A stretch of DNA of 64,000 nt from a virus. The stretch lies in IMG/VR virus record IMGVR_UViG_3300024346_000012; one strand, written 5' to 3'. Made by a program: the position numbers and the translations under genes. Below, one piece after another: positions 1-9,931 of the stretch; within the stretch, counting starts at the first letter, position 1, and every line of letters begins with the position of its first letter. Below the pieces are notes generated by a model, which saw only the letters and a list, made by a program, of their open reading frames with translations, had not been told where the DNA came from and did no database searches.

Positions 1-319
1 ATCCTGTACCTGAAGAATCACTAAATAAAGAAGCTAGTACTCTATAGAATCCAGTACTAGGAGCTATAGATTTTATATTGTCATCTGAATAATAGTTATC
101 AATATTAAATTCTACAGTGTTGAATGGCACATCTGCAAATGAACCTGTCAAATCGAATGCAGCAGTAGTAGAAGCTTTTACACCGCTAAAAACTTTTCTT
201 GTAGTACTAGTAATTACGTCCCATACTGTGGAGTCGCTATCATACTGCCAAACAGCTTGATTGGGATCTGAATATAAACCTAAATGAGCAGGAGAAGCTG
301 GGAATTGAAGTGCAGTCAT
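1..319 (-). CDS. Virion structural/fibre protein, 5' part (runs off window), C1q-like segment
   Basis: Not in ORF track. Manual translation from ATG 319: MTALQFPASPAHLGLYSDPNQAVWQYDSDSTVWDV...VPFNTVEFNIDNYY...IYIAPSTGFYRV. The 'F-P-x-S-P' N-terminus is typical of T4-like fibre proteins; open to the window edge. Confidence 0.7.
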   Translation of the reverse strand, partial: MTALQFPASPAHLGLYSDPNQAVWQYDSDSTVWDVITSTTRKVFSGVKASTTAAFDLTGSFADVPFNTVEFNIDNYYSDDNIKSIAPSTGFYRVLASLFSDSSGTG

Positions 320-327
320 ATTATTTC

Positions 328-1539
328 CTATCCATTAAAACTTACGTTAATGCTTACTTCGTCCACTAAGCCTAATGGGTTAGTAACTTCTGCCCAGATC
401 CACCGACCAGCATCTATAGTAGCATTAGAAATACTGCCAACGTTTCCACTAGTTGTACTATTAATCGTGCCAGAAGTTATCAGAGTTCCTGAAGAGCTTC
501 TATCAGAATCATACTTAAGAGACATGCTCACACTTGATCCAGGGTAGCTAACTATTGATCTTACTTCAGAAACTATCATCTGCCTATCAGTATACATTAA
601 TGTTTGCTGATCGCCTGAATCTGGTGCTTGGAAAGAAATAACACGAGGACCGTATACACCCTGAGAACCAGTATAGCCAACTGAGCCAGAATAGCCTCTA
701 TCTCCATCAGATACTGTAGGATCTGCTTGCAGCACCCATTGCGACTGACTTGTCGAGGGATTAGTATAGTAGATATATGATTTCCCAGTGTTTGAATTGT
801 ACCAAATTTGACCGGCTGTAGGATTAGCCGGAACATTTTCACCTTGAAATATAGCCCCAGCAGATCCTGTAAATCCTCGTTGAGATGCACTTGCGTCTAC
901 CCACTGAGCACTAACGTCAGCTGCATCAACTACTATAATTTGGCCTTGCATTGATGGATGGGCTGAGCAGATATAGTAATATGTTCCTACGGAATTGAAC
1001 TGATAGCTGATTGTAGTACCGTTATAGCCACCATTATTAGTTACACCTGGAATATTATAGAGGGCATCATATGAGTTACTAAGACTTAACTGAGAAACTA
1101 AGAAGAACGGGTGAATTGCTGTAGCACTATTAACTACATTTAGTGTATCACCTTTATATATGTAAATAGTAGGATCAGGGTCGCTCGAGAACGTAGAACT
1201 TCTATCGCTACCAGTAAACAAATAATCTCCTGATTGTGCATTTGTTTGTGTAGCTGCTAAATTAATTGCTGCGGCTGCTGGAGTTGGTTCTCCATAGTAA
1301 ATTTTTAACTTACCGTTTACTGCATCCCACCATAAAGAACCATCTTGCAACGAGCTAGTAGGAGCTGCAGAATCTGTTTCCGCACCTCCACCTGAAATAC
1401 TTGAAACAGTATTAGATGAGGTTTTATAGTACAATCTACCATCGGCGTAGTTTAAAGCAACTTCGCCGTAGTCCAGATCTCCAGTTCCAGGAATCTTTCC
1501 AGAGACCGCGGATCTTTTTAGTTTTATATTTGCTGCCAT
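328..1539 (-). CDS. Tail fibre-like protein with gp37-like N-terminus and cupredoxin-like domain
   Basis: N-terminal IKLKRSAVSGKIP...GEVALNYADG resembles the T4 gp37 N-terminus; HPFFL...YYICSAHPSMQG; short G-x-x repeats; late promoter upstream. Confidence 0.75.
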   Translation of the reverse strand: MAANIKLKRSAVSGKIPGTGDLDYGEVALNYADGRLYYKTSSNTVSSISGGGAETDSAAPTSSLQDGSLWWDAVNGKLKIYYGEPTPAAAAINLAATQTNAQSGDYLFTGSDRSSTFSSDPDPTIYIYKGDTLNVVNSATAIHPFFLVSQLSLSNSYDALYNIPGVTNNGGYNGTTISYQFNSVGTYYYICSAHPSMQGQIIVVDAADVSAQWVDASASQRGFTGSAGAIFQGENVPANPTAGQIWYNSNTGKSYIYYTNPSTSQSQWVLQADPTVSDGDRGYSGSVGYTGSQGVYGPRVISFQAPDSGDQQTLMYTDRQMIVSEVRSIVSYPGSSVSMSLKYDSDRSSSGTLITSGTINSTTSGNVGSISNATIDAGRWIWAEVTNPLGLVDEVSINVSFNG

Positions 1540-1600
1540 TTTGTAACCCTAGTAAGGAAAGTCTTTTTTATGAGTAATAACTCGACTCCACAATTTACAT

Positions 1601-1608
1601 TATTTATA
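1601..1608 (-). promoter_or_regulatory. T4-type late promoter TATAAATA
   Basis: Exact TATAAATA in intergenic space upstream of 328..1539. Confidence 0.8.
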
Positions 1609-1612
1609 CAAG

Positions 1613-4600
1613 TTAATATGTACCGCCGTCAATAACACCATCAATTAATCCTGCTACTTTAATACCTCCTGGAGTTGACCACACGCGTCCTCCTCCTGTC
1701 GTATTAGTATTGGCTGAATTACCCATGTATGGATGATTTAAACATTGGTATGCTATAGTTCTTGGTCCGTAGTCGTGAACCCTAATTTGAGCGTAAGAGT
1801 TTCCTACGTTTTTATCTCCAGCCGTTCCTACATAAGATATAGTAGCCGCACTATCAGAGATAAGTCCATTCTTCGCATCATCATAGTAGAACCTAACATC
1901 GTGAGTGCTCATTGATGAATCGTGCATATGGAATTTGTATGTAACACCTGGTGTTAAATCAAGATGTGGAGCCTCGAGTGTGTAACCATAGCCACTTCTT
2001 ATATAATCAGAATCGTGAGATATGTAATATCCCTTTAATGAACCATTACCATAGTACCTATGGTCTGTCGTTTTAAAATCAGATCTCATATAGAAATTAA
2101 CAATAGGATCGCCAAATGAATCGTGATCGCCATCATTACTGTTTGGCGAAGCGTCTGAATCTCTATTTTGATATGTTCTAGCAATCATACCCACTTTAGG
2201 AGTCACAGCAAGGTTGCTACCGCTCATACCGGTAATATTTTGAATCCCGCTTAAATAGTTACCAAGGTATCTAGCGGCTAGTCTATTTAAGCCAATACCT
2301 GAAGTATTACCGTATTGGAGGTTTACACCGGTCTCACCAGATATGGCTACATAAGAACCTTCATTGGTAATCCAAGTTGGGATTTTGAAGCTATCGCCCG
2401 CTGGGGTAGTAGTTTGAAATCTAATAGGTCCTGAATTAGATTGATAAAGATCACCTGTGCCGCTTTGGCCAAATACGCCTTTACCTATTTCAAGCTTCGT
2501 GCCAGTCTGAAGAGTAACATCAGCACCAAATTCGTCTATTACTTCATCAAAAGATCCGCCATCAGCCGTAGATACGTTGTAAGTATTAGTAGCAGGTGTC
2601 CATGATGTAGAAGAAACCCCTGCGACACTTACTGTAGTTGCACTGGTAATTTGACCTTGATCATTGATTGTTAATTGCGGTACTGCCGAAGCGGAACCAT
2701 ATGTATTTGCAGTTACTCCAGTATTAGTAATGTCTATGGTACCAGTCGCGGGAGTATATGTTATCCCTGTTCCGCCGATAAGAGAATTTTTAGAATCACT
2801 ATCGGCTCTTGCACTAGTATAATATAGATTGGTAGAACCTTCTGAAAGATTATCCGTAGACTTAAGTGCCAATCTTACATCAAAATCTGAATCAGCTCTT
2901 ACTGTGGTGTAATATAAGTTGCTACCTTCGGCAACATCACCTGTAGACTTAGTTGCCAGTCTTGTGTCAAAATCTGAATTAGCGCGAGCTGTGGTATAGT
3001 ATAGATTAGTTCCCTCTGGTAATATAGTTGTTGATGAACTGCCTAAGTCGCTATCGAAATTAGCCTTACTATAAACTTCTTCAACATCAATACTGATAAC
3101 ACCAGTACTAGAATTATAAGAAAGGTCTCCTGTAACACTAATAGCGTTTTTAGCATCACTATCAGCTCGAGCAGCGGTGTAATAAAGATTAGTAGAACCT
3201 TCTGAAAGATCATCTGTAGATTTAGCTGCAATGTTTGCATCTACTCTAGCATCAGTATAATATAAATTTGTTAGTTCTGGTATTTCAGCAGTGTTTACAG
3301 CTCCTGGAGTTGAGCTGAAATTAATTGTAACAGCGCCGCTTGTTACAGCAAAATCATCACTACTGAATGAGGCAATACCTTTATTAGTATCGGTTGCATC
3401 CTCTCCCTTTATTTCACCCGATGATATATCAATACCCTCACCGGCAGTAAAATGAGCTCTAACTTCAGCAGCAGTAGGACCAGTGTAAGATATTACTCCA
3501 GTTGATTCTGTATATGATAAAGAACCATCACCACCGTTATCAGTAACACTAATTGATCTTTTAGCATCGCTATCTGCTCTTGCAGTAGTATAATAAAGGT
3601 TTGAGCCTTCAGTTAGATTAGTAGTAGTATGATTTGAAATATCAGAAGCTGTACCAGTTAAAGTACCAGTAAATCCCGTAGTCGCTTCAATTGTTGTACC
3701 AGAAATCTGTTTTGCTCTTAGATCTGCATAAGAGTATGTAGCGTGAGCAGTATTAATACTACCTGATGGTTCGGGCGTATAGTTATCAAAGAACTTCCAA
3801 GTACCGTCTGATGTATCTCTAAACAATCCAGCGTGGCGATAAATATCATCTGGTTCGTTATAGTTACCAGCGAGACCAATTTGAACGTTAATCGGTGACG
3901 CATCACCTGACCAGCTATCATTAAGATCATGCCCAGTAGCAGCATCAAAGTCTATAGAAACACCATAGCCTAAAGGCGCTATAAGTCCGTTATTAGTAAG
4001 GTTCCATGTAGATGGGCCTAGTGCAGAATCAAATGGTTGTACACCAGCACCAAAACTATCTAACGCCCATTCAATAGTATCTCCGCCGGTCGCACTAATT
4101 CTAACTCTAAAAGTCTCGTCTGAATCGCCTTTAAAGTGGCCAGTGAATGTAGCGTTTTGGTCGCCAGTACCATTAAAGTTAGTATTACCTGCACCGATTG
4201 TATCACCAGCACCAAGATAGATAAATGTATCCGCAACGTTGAGGTTTGATACCGCAGTACGAGTTTCCGTACCTAGAACGTTTAGGTTACCACCGATAGT
4301 AAGATCTGCATCTATTCTACCGTCACCTGCAACTCTTAAAGTTTCTACTACTTCTTTTGTAATAGTAACTTGAACACAACCACCAACATTATTTGCTTCG
4401 GCTGAATCAGCAACCAGAACCGTACCTATTTCAACTGCATAGTTTGGATAAACTGGGTTGTTAGAAATTAACTCACCTGCAGAATCTACTGATACGTGTA
4501 CTACATCGCCGGCTACAAAGTTTTGAGTGTCTAATCCTCCGACTAAACCCCTATTAATTACTAAACCATATTGGCCAGGAGAAATAATATCTTTAGTTAA

Positions 4601-7300
4601 ACCTAAAGTTTTGTATACTGTATTTAAACTATTTGCTCTTGCTAGTGCTACAGTTGGGAAGTCATTTGATGCACCAGTTACATAAACTGCTTTACCTTTA
4701 TCAATCTGGCTACCAGAGTTATTAAAGACTCTTGTTACTTCTTCTTGTCCCAGTTTTATTACACTTGCAGTAGAAGATTTATATACTAGAGCATCAGGTC
4801 CAGGGTTGTACCATAATCCACCTTCAACTGTTGTTGGAGCACTTCCGTCAGGATAACTAGTGGGATCTAATTCAATATACCCTAAGTTTGCCCGGCCTGC
4901 GTCAATGCTATCTACGGTAAGGTTAGATGCATTTATTTGTGTTATAGATGCAGAATCACTTGTAATTTGTCCTATTGTCGCAGAATCGAAAACACCTTGA
5001 CCAGCTTGTAATTTTATTTTACCTGAATTATGATTTCTCATAACCATGCTGCCATCGCTATCTGCCATGACTAGTGTGCCCAAATAAATGGAATTACCGC
5101 TTAGGTATAAATCTTTCCATTTTTGTGCTGAATCACCTAGATTATAAGCACTATCTGCTCCTGGAAGTAAATGGCCTGTAACAGTAACTGGACCGGTAAC
5201 ATCTATTCCTGCATTAAATTTTACTGCAGTACCAAAGCTATCGATTAGAGTATTAAACTCTCCACCATCAGCTGTATTAATTGTTAGTGTACTATTAACC
5301 CCGCTCCAAGATGTAGAATCAACACCTGCAACATTCACAGTTCCAGCCGCAGTTAACCTACCTTGTTGGTCGACAGTAAATGTAGGAACCAAGCTAGCCG
5401 ATCCGTATGATCCTGGAGTCACGCTTGTGTCGTCTAAATTTACTGTATTTGTTGCAGCATCATACGTAAGAGCGGTTCCACCAGATATAGCAGCGTCAAG
5501 GTCTGAATCAAAATTAGCAGCAGAGTATATGCTCTCAACGTCAATGCTAAAATCGCCAGTAGTTGAGTTATATGATAAATCACCGCTTGCGCTAAGATGA
5601 CTTCTAACTGCAGAAGCAGATGTGGCATCTCCTAATGCACTATCAAATCTTGCTCTAGTATAATAAAGATTATCGCCTTCTGAAAGATTAGTAGTGGATT
5701 TAGTTGCTAATCTTACATCAAATGCACTATCTACTCTCGACTGAGTATAATAAAGGTTTGTACCTTCAGCAACATCAGTTGTAGTTCTATCTGCAAATCC
5801 TTGGTTAATGTCGGAATCTGTTCTTACCTTAGTGTAATAAAGATTAGAACCTTCTGTAAGATCTGCAGTTGATTTTGTCGTTAGTCTATTATCAAAGTCA
5901 GAATCGGCTCTCGTAGTTGTATAATAGAGGTTGCTACCTTCTGATAGATCGCTAGTAGTGTTGGATTTTATTTCATCAATATAGAATGTACCAACCATAG
6001 CGGCATGTATTCCGCACTGATAAACTAAAGTATCGGGTGCATCAAATGGTACCGTGAATGTGATTTGATTAGTACCGTCACCTACTACGCCTGAAGTATA
6101 TTGCGTACCTCCGTCTTCCAATCTTATTTCGATAGGATGCGAGCCGTGTGACGGATTATTGATAATATATGTTTTACCACGTTGAAGATATATAGATGGA
6201 TTATCGCCAGATTGTACAGGGAAACCATCTCCTGTAAATTGATAAGCTCCGCCATTTGCACTTGCTACATCAATTATAACTTCAGCTCTTCTGATAATTT
6301 CGAAAGTGTCATGAGCTGAGTCATAAGTTAAAGTAACTGAAGATTGTAAAGCGTTATCTAGATCTGAGTCAAAGTTACTAGCGTCGTAGACTTGAGAAAC
6401 GTCAACAGAAAATTCACCAGTACTAGAATTATAGACAATATCGCCAGATGTAGAAAAATAGTTTCTAATAGCAGATATGCTAGTAGTATCTCCTAATGCA
6501 CTATCAAATCTTGCTCTAGTATAATAAAGATTAGAACCTTCTGCTAAATTACCAGTATTATAAGGATCTAAAGTAATTACTTCGGCAAAGGTTCCGCCAT
6601 CTGCGGTACTAATAGTAAACGTACCATTAGATGAATCAAAGTCTATACTTGAAACGCCTGCGACTGCAACCTCTCCGGCTGATTCCACTAAACCTAAATC
6701 ATTTAACTTAAATACCGGAATATTGGTTGCGCCGCCATATGTTCCTGCTGCTGCTCCAGCACTATCTAGAGCTATGTTTAAGTTATAGTCTAATCCTACT
6801 TTTGCGCCAGAAGTAGTTATTCCATTTCCGCCAATAGCATTTACAATTTCATTGCCGTATAGCTCAACAGAATCTATAAATCCTTCATCTGTTTTAAATT
6901 GTAAATTCGAAACTTTTCCTATTTCCGTATCAACATATATCTTAGGAGTAAGGTCATTATTATTAAATACTGAAACGTCATCTACACTAACAGTATTAGC
7001 TTCTAAATTGCCTGCTATATCTACAGCACCACTTATAGTAGTTGCAGCTGAAGTAATAGTTAGATTATTACCAGACATTGTTAGCGTATCGCTATCAAAC
7101 TGGAAATTATCTATATTAAGATTATTAAGAACAGAGGTATTTACAAAGGCGGCCGCTGCAGAATCGTACCTTAAAAGCTGGTTATCAGCTAAAGATGTTA
7201 AAGAAAATCCTGAAAGGTTCTGGATACTGAATGACCCTGAAGTAACATTTCTTAAAGGAGTTCCGACAACAACCTTTTTAATTATAGTAGTTACTGCCAT
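1613..7300 (-). CDS. Giant tail fibre/virion fibre protein (1895 aa) with EGSNLYYT repeats and two cupredoxin-like domains
   Basis: Ser/Thr/Gly/Asp-rich; about 11 (D/N)LxEGxNLYYT repeats; CGIHAAM and CLNHPYM motifs; C-terminal IDGGTY. Confidence 0.8.
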   Translation of the reverse strand: MAVTTIIKKVVVGTPLRNVTSGSFSIQNLSGFSLTSLADNQLLRYDSAAAAFVNTSVLNNLNIDNFQFDSDTLTMSGNNLTITSAATTISGAVDIAGNLEANTVSVDDVSVFNNNDLTPKIYVDTEIGKVSNLQFKTDEGFIDSVELYGNEIVNAIGGNGITTSGAKVGLDYNLNIALDSAGAAAGTYGGATNIPVFKLNDLGLVESAGEVAVAGVSSIDFDSSNGTFTISTADGGTFAEVITLDPYNTGNLAEGSNLYYTRARFDSALGDTTSISAIRNYFSTSGDIVYNSSTGEFSVDVSQVYDASNFDSDLDNALQSSVTLTYDSAHDTFEIIRRAEVIIDVASANGGAYQFTGDGFPVQSGDNPSIYLQRGKTYIINNPSHGSHPIEIRLEDGGTQYTSGVVGDGTNQITFTVPFDAPDTLVYQCGIHAAMVGTFYIDEIKSNTTSDLSEGSNLYYTTTRADSDFDNRLTTKSTADLTEGSNLYYTKVRTDSDINQGFADRTTTDVAEGTNLYYTQSRVDSAFDVRLATKSTTNLSEGDNLYYTRARFDSALGDATSASAVRSHLSASGDLSYNSTTGDFSIDVESIYSAANFDSDLDAAISGGTALTYDAATNTVNLDDTSVTPGSYGSASLVPTFTVDQQGRLTAAGTVNVAGVDSTSWSGVNSTLTINTADGGEFNTLIDSFGTAVKFNAGIDVTGPVTVTGHLLPGADSAYNLGDSAQKWKDLYLSGNSIYLGTLVMADSDGSMVMRNHNSGKIKLQAGQGVFDSATIGQITSDSASITQINASNLTVDSIDAGRANLGYIELDPTSYPDGSAPTTVEGGLWYNPGPDALVYKSSTASVIKLGQEEVTRVFNNSGSQIDKGKAVYVTGASNDFPTVALARANSLNTVYKTLGLTKDIISPGQYGLVINRGLVGGLDTQNFVAGDVVHVSVDSAGELISNNPVYPNYAVEIGTVLVADSAEANNVGGCVQVTITKEVVETLRVAGDGRIDADLTIGGNLNVLGTETRTAVSNLNVADTFIYLGAGDTIGAGNTNFNGTGDQNATFTGHFKGDSDETFRVRISATGGDTIEWALDSFGAGVQPFDSALGPSTWNLTNNGLIAPLGYGVSIDFDAATGHDLNDSWSGDASPINVQIGLAGNYNEPDDIYRHAGLFRDTSDGTWKFFDNYTPEPSGSINTAHATYSYADLRAKQISGTTIEATTGFTGTLTGTASDISNHTTTNLTEGSNLYYTTARADSDAKRSISVTDNGGDGSLSYTESTGVISYTGPTAAEVRAHFTAGEGIDISSGEIKGEDATDTNKGIASFSSDDFAVTSGAVTINFSSTPGAVNTAEIPELTNLYYTDARVDANIAAKSTDDLSEGSTNLYYTAARADSDAKNAISVTGDLSYNSSTGVISIDVEEVYSKANFDSDLGSSSTTILPEGTNLYYTTARANSDFDTRLATKSTGDVAEGSNLYYTTVRADSDFDVRLALKSTDNLSEGSTNLYYTSARADSDSKNSLIGGTGITYTPATGTIDITNTGVTANTYGSASAVPQLTINDQGQITSATTVSVAGVSSTSWTPATNTYNVSTADGGSFDEVIDEFGADVTLQTGTKLEIGKGVFGQSGTGDLYQSNSGPIRFQTTTPAGDSFKIPTWITNEGSYVAISGETGVNLQYGNTSGIGLNRLAARYLGNYLSGIQNITGMSGSNLAVTPKVGMIARTYQNRDSDASPNSNDGDHDSFGDPIVNFYMRSDFKTTDHRYYGNGSLKGYYISHDSDYIRSGYGYTLEAPHLDLTPGVTYKFHMHDSSMSTHDVRFYYDDAKNGLISDSAATISYVGTAGDKNVGNSYAQIRVHDYGPRTIAYQCLNHPYMGNSANTNTTGGGRVWSTPGGIKVAGLIDGVIDGGTY

Positions 7301-7301
7301 C

Positions 7302-7658
7302 TTATGCTCCTGCCTGTGTAACGTTAGGAGTTACTTGAAACCTACCTTCTAAAACTCTTTCAACAATAGTATCTCCATCGCTATCAGTAAAAGAAAGATT
7401 AACGTCATAAACGTATCTTCCAATTTGAAGCGCACTAGTATCAGTATTGGTGAGAGAAATGGTTGCTATACCGCCCGTAGGCGGAGCAGCTATAATTGAA
7501 TTAAAATCTACAGAAGCTTCTGAGCTATAATTGCGCTTTAAAGATGCACTAACTGAATGATTTGTTAAATTCTTAGTATTACCATTGGCATCAAGCATAT
7601 GAATCTCAATGGCAATGTCAGTACCCTTGTCTACACTAAATTCTTCGTATTGGGCCAT
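7302..7658 (-). CDS. Small virion protein, BppU-N-like adaptor
   Basis: GRYVYDV...VERVLEG...VTP pattern common upstream of fibre genes in T4-like phages; late promoter upstream. Confidence 0.6.
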   Translation of the reverse strand: MAQYEEFSVDKGTDIAIEIHMLDANGNTKNLTNHSVSASLKRNYSSEASVDFNSIIAAPPTGGIATISLTNTDTSALQIGRYVYDVNLSFTDSDGDTIVERVLEGRFQVTPNVTQAGA

Positions 7659-7717
7659 AAAACACTCCTGGTTTCTTTGTCGGACGTGCTAAATCGCCCC
7701 TGCCTTATATTTAGTGT

Positions 7718-7725
7718 TATTTATA
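7718..7725 (-). promoter_or_regulatory. T4-type late promoter TATAAATA
   Basis: Exact match, intergenic, upstream of 7302..7658. Confidence 0.8.
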
Positions 7726-7760
7726 AGAAAAGGAACTTATGTTTGATGAATTATAAGAAT

Positions 7761-8345
7761 TTATCTCCACCACATTTCGTGGATCCAGGACATGCTCGAG
7801 GCGGTCGAGCCTGGCCAAGATATTATAATGTCATCTGAAGTAAGATCAACACTTTCATTTACGAAAATTCTTTTATACTTAGACACTTTGTTTGATTCAA
7901 CGTTCCTTGTGCCAACGCTTTGATAACTTGAAAGGTAAAATTGCGGTCTCGTAGGAGAGTTATTTCCTCCACCAGCTTTAATATATACAAAAACAAAAGA
8001 GTTTATTCCAATATTCACCGCAGAGTCATCCATTGTATAAGCTCTGGAAGTTGCCGTACCTGCATTACTAAACTGTAATGTGATGTTTCCAGTCCAACTC
8101 TGAGTTCCGGATGCAATTGAGTTACATGTCATTTTTAATAGTGCTTCACTAAAATCATTTGTAGTGGGTTGTACGTTTTGTGTGTTCAAGTTCACAGTAC
8201 CTGCCGTCCAAGAAGCACTGCTTCTTTGATAAGACGAACCATTGTTCCACCGCCTTTGATCGTGAACGCTAGTAGGGACTACTGCAATATTAGATAACCC
8301 ATAACTATCACTCAAAACTTCTACACCGTTAATTTTATATCCCAT
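7761..8345 (-). CDS. Fibre-associated paralog A (putative adhesin/tip protein)
   Basis: Shares NLxTQNVQPTTNDFS and C-terminal MxWxHxxxWR with the next two ORFs; lies downstream of fibre and chaperone genes. Confidence 0.6.
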   Translation of the reverse strand: MGYKINGVEVLSDSYGLSNIAVVPTSVHDQRRWNNGSSYQRSSASWTAGTVNLNTQNVQPTTNDFSEALLKMTCNSIASGTQSWTGNITLQFSNAGTATSRAYTMDDSAVNIGINSFVFVYIKAGGGNNSPTRPQFYLSSYQSVGTRNVESNKVSKYKRIFVNESVDLTSDDIIISWPGSTASSMSWIHEMWWR

Positions 8346-8369
8346 TTGTTATACCTTTATTTGCAACCA

Positions 8370-8957
8370 TTAACCACGCCAGAAGCATCTGTGCGTCCAT
8401 GTCATAGTTGAAGGGCCGCCTCGCCATCTTATTTCAACGTCATCGGTAGTGTAATCCATATGTTGTCCTGCTAAGCTAACTGATGACATGATATCTTCCA
8501 CATTTGGATCTGTATAATAAGCTCTGATAAGACTCTTTCGATCATTATTAGGATTGGATATATTACTCTCTGTTGTTCGCACATGTATTAATAACTTTTG
8601 ATTTAAACTAATTGGTGGATTCGACGTAAACGCAAGCCAAAGCCATTGATGGCTACTGCCAAATCTGTATTCGATATTATTTGACCAGTTTTGACCTGAA
8701 CCACCACTTAGCGCAGTGCACTTAAATTCAAACCAAGCATCGCTGAAATCATTTGTAGTGGGTTGTACGTTTTGCGTACGCAAGTTTACAGTAGTGTCAA
8801 AAAAGGGGCCCCAGGTGGGACCTAAAGAGTATGTGCTTCCTGTTGACCAATTTCTATGACTATTAACACTACTCACATCGTCTACGTTTAATAGACTTCT
8901 AGAGCCATTTATAATGGTCCACGTATTACCGTTGGCGTCTGATGTGATCAAACTCAT
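8370..8957 (-). CDS. Fibre-associated paralog B (putative adhesin/tip protein)
   Basis: NLRTQNVQPTTNDFSDA; C-terminal MTWTHRCFWR. Confidence 0.6.
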   Translation of the reverse strand: MSLITSDANGNTWTIINGSRSLLNVDDVSSVNSHRNWSTGSTYSLGPTWGPFFDTTVNLRTQNVQPTTNDFSDAWFEFKCTALSGGSGQNWSNNIEYRFGSSHQWLWLAFTSNPPISLNQKLLIHVRTTESNISNPNNDRKSLIRAYYTDPNVEDIMSSVSLAGQHMDYTTDDVEIRWRGGPSTMTWTHRCFWRG

Positions 8958-8991
8958 TGCTTAAGCTCCGTTTTAGATAAGTAAAGATAAT

Positions 8992-9615
8992 TCATCGATA
9001 GTAACATTTGTGCGTCCAAGTCATGCTTGGCGCTGAATGGGTCGGATATGCTATTCTAATAGTATTTTGATCCGATGAATTAAATGACCCCCAATTAAAA
9101 AATCCAAAAAAGCTTTTATAACTGTTAGTAAGCTGATCAAGATATCCTGTTTGTGAATTAAATTTCTGATAAGCATGTGCAAGATAATAAGTATAAACCG
9201 AGGAGTTCTGAGCTCCGTTAAACACAACATGAATATACGCCTGATTACCAACATTTGTGTAATTGGCAAAGCTAATTAATGGTTCATTCTCATAATTGGT
9301 CCCAATCTCCCATGTCACACTACCATTAAAAGAATAGGTGTTGGATCCACCTGACATCGCAGTGCAACGAATCTCGAAAACGGCTTCTCTAAAATCCTTT
9401 GTTTGGGGCCAGCATTGTTGAGCTCTAAGATCGTAGGTTGTCGCTGTCGAAGTGTTGGCATGAGTGAAGCTACCAAATGCTTCGTTCCATCCACCCGACC
9501 CAAAGAATTTTTGCATAGTCCCTGTGTCAATATCAGTTATATTTTCGATATCAGGTTTGGTCCCAAAAGTAAAACCAGATGGTATAACCGTACTACCGTT
9601 TATTTTAAATGCCAT
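8992..9615 (-). CDS. Fibre-associated paralog C (putative adhesin/tip protein)
   Basis: MAFKINGSTVI start; DLRAQQCWPQTKDFREA; C-terminal MTWTHKCYYR. Confidence 0.6.
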   Translation of the reverse strand: MAFKINGSTVIPSGFTFGTKPDIENITDIDTGTMQKFFGSGGWNEAFGSFTHANTSTATTYDLRAQQCWPQTKDFREAVFEIRCTAMSGGSNTYSFNGSVTWEIGTNYENEPLISFANYTNVGNQAYIHVVFNGAQNSSVYTYYLAHAYQKFNSQTGYLDQLTNSYKSFFGFFNWGSFNSSDQNTIRIAYPTHSAPSMTWTHKCYYR

Positions 9616-9618
9616 TAA

Positions 9619-9930
9619 TTACACCTCGGGTTGGCTGGGCCAATCGTCATCTTCTAATAACGGCCAGTTAGAGTGTGTAGGTAAGTCTCTTAGAGATGCT
9701 CTATAAGTCTGATAAGGGCTTCTAATAGAATCTGGAACATCTACACCTTGTGTCCAATCACATTTTTTTAGAAGCTCTGTTCTTCTTTCCTTTTGTGCAT
9801 TAATAAAAGCAGGATCTGTAAAAAGAAATACTCTGTGTGCCTCTGCCTGCTCAATCATTTCAGGTGTCATATCTGCGGTCTGGACTGTGCCATCGCTGTC
9901 AATGTAATCATATGTTGTTACTACTGGCAT
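9619..9930 (-). CDS. Tail fibre assembly chaperone
   Basis: RxxLLxxCDWTQxxDxP...YRxxLRDLP...WP motif, directly after a fibre gene. Confidence 0.8.
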   Translation of the reverse strand: MPVVTTYDYIDSDGTVQTADMTPEMIEQAEAHRVFLFTDPAFINAQKERRTELLKKCDWTQGVDVPDSIRSPYQTYRASLRDLPTHSNWPLLEDDDWPSQPEV

Positions 9931-9931
9931 T

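Noticed and set aside
2790-6560. CRISPR-like spaced repeats
   Set aside because: The repeats are degenerate, in frame and encode the EGSNLYYT protein motif; no cas genes
7761-9615. Diversity-generating retroelement or invertase shufflon acting on the paralog triplet
   Set aside because: No reverse transcriptase or recombinase in the window, no long template/variable repeat pair with adenine-specific mismatches, and all copies are in the same orientation
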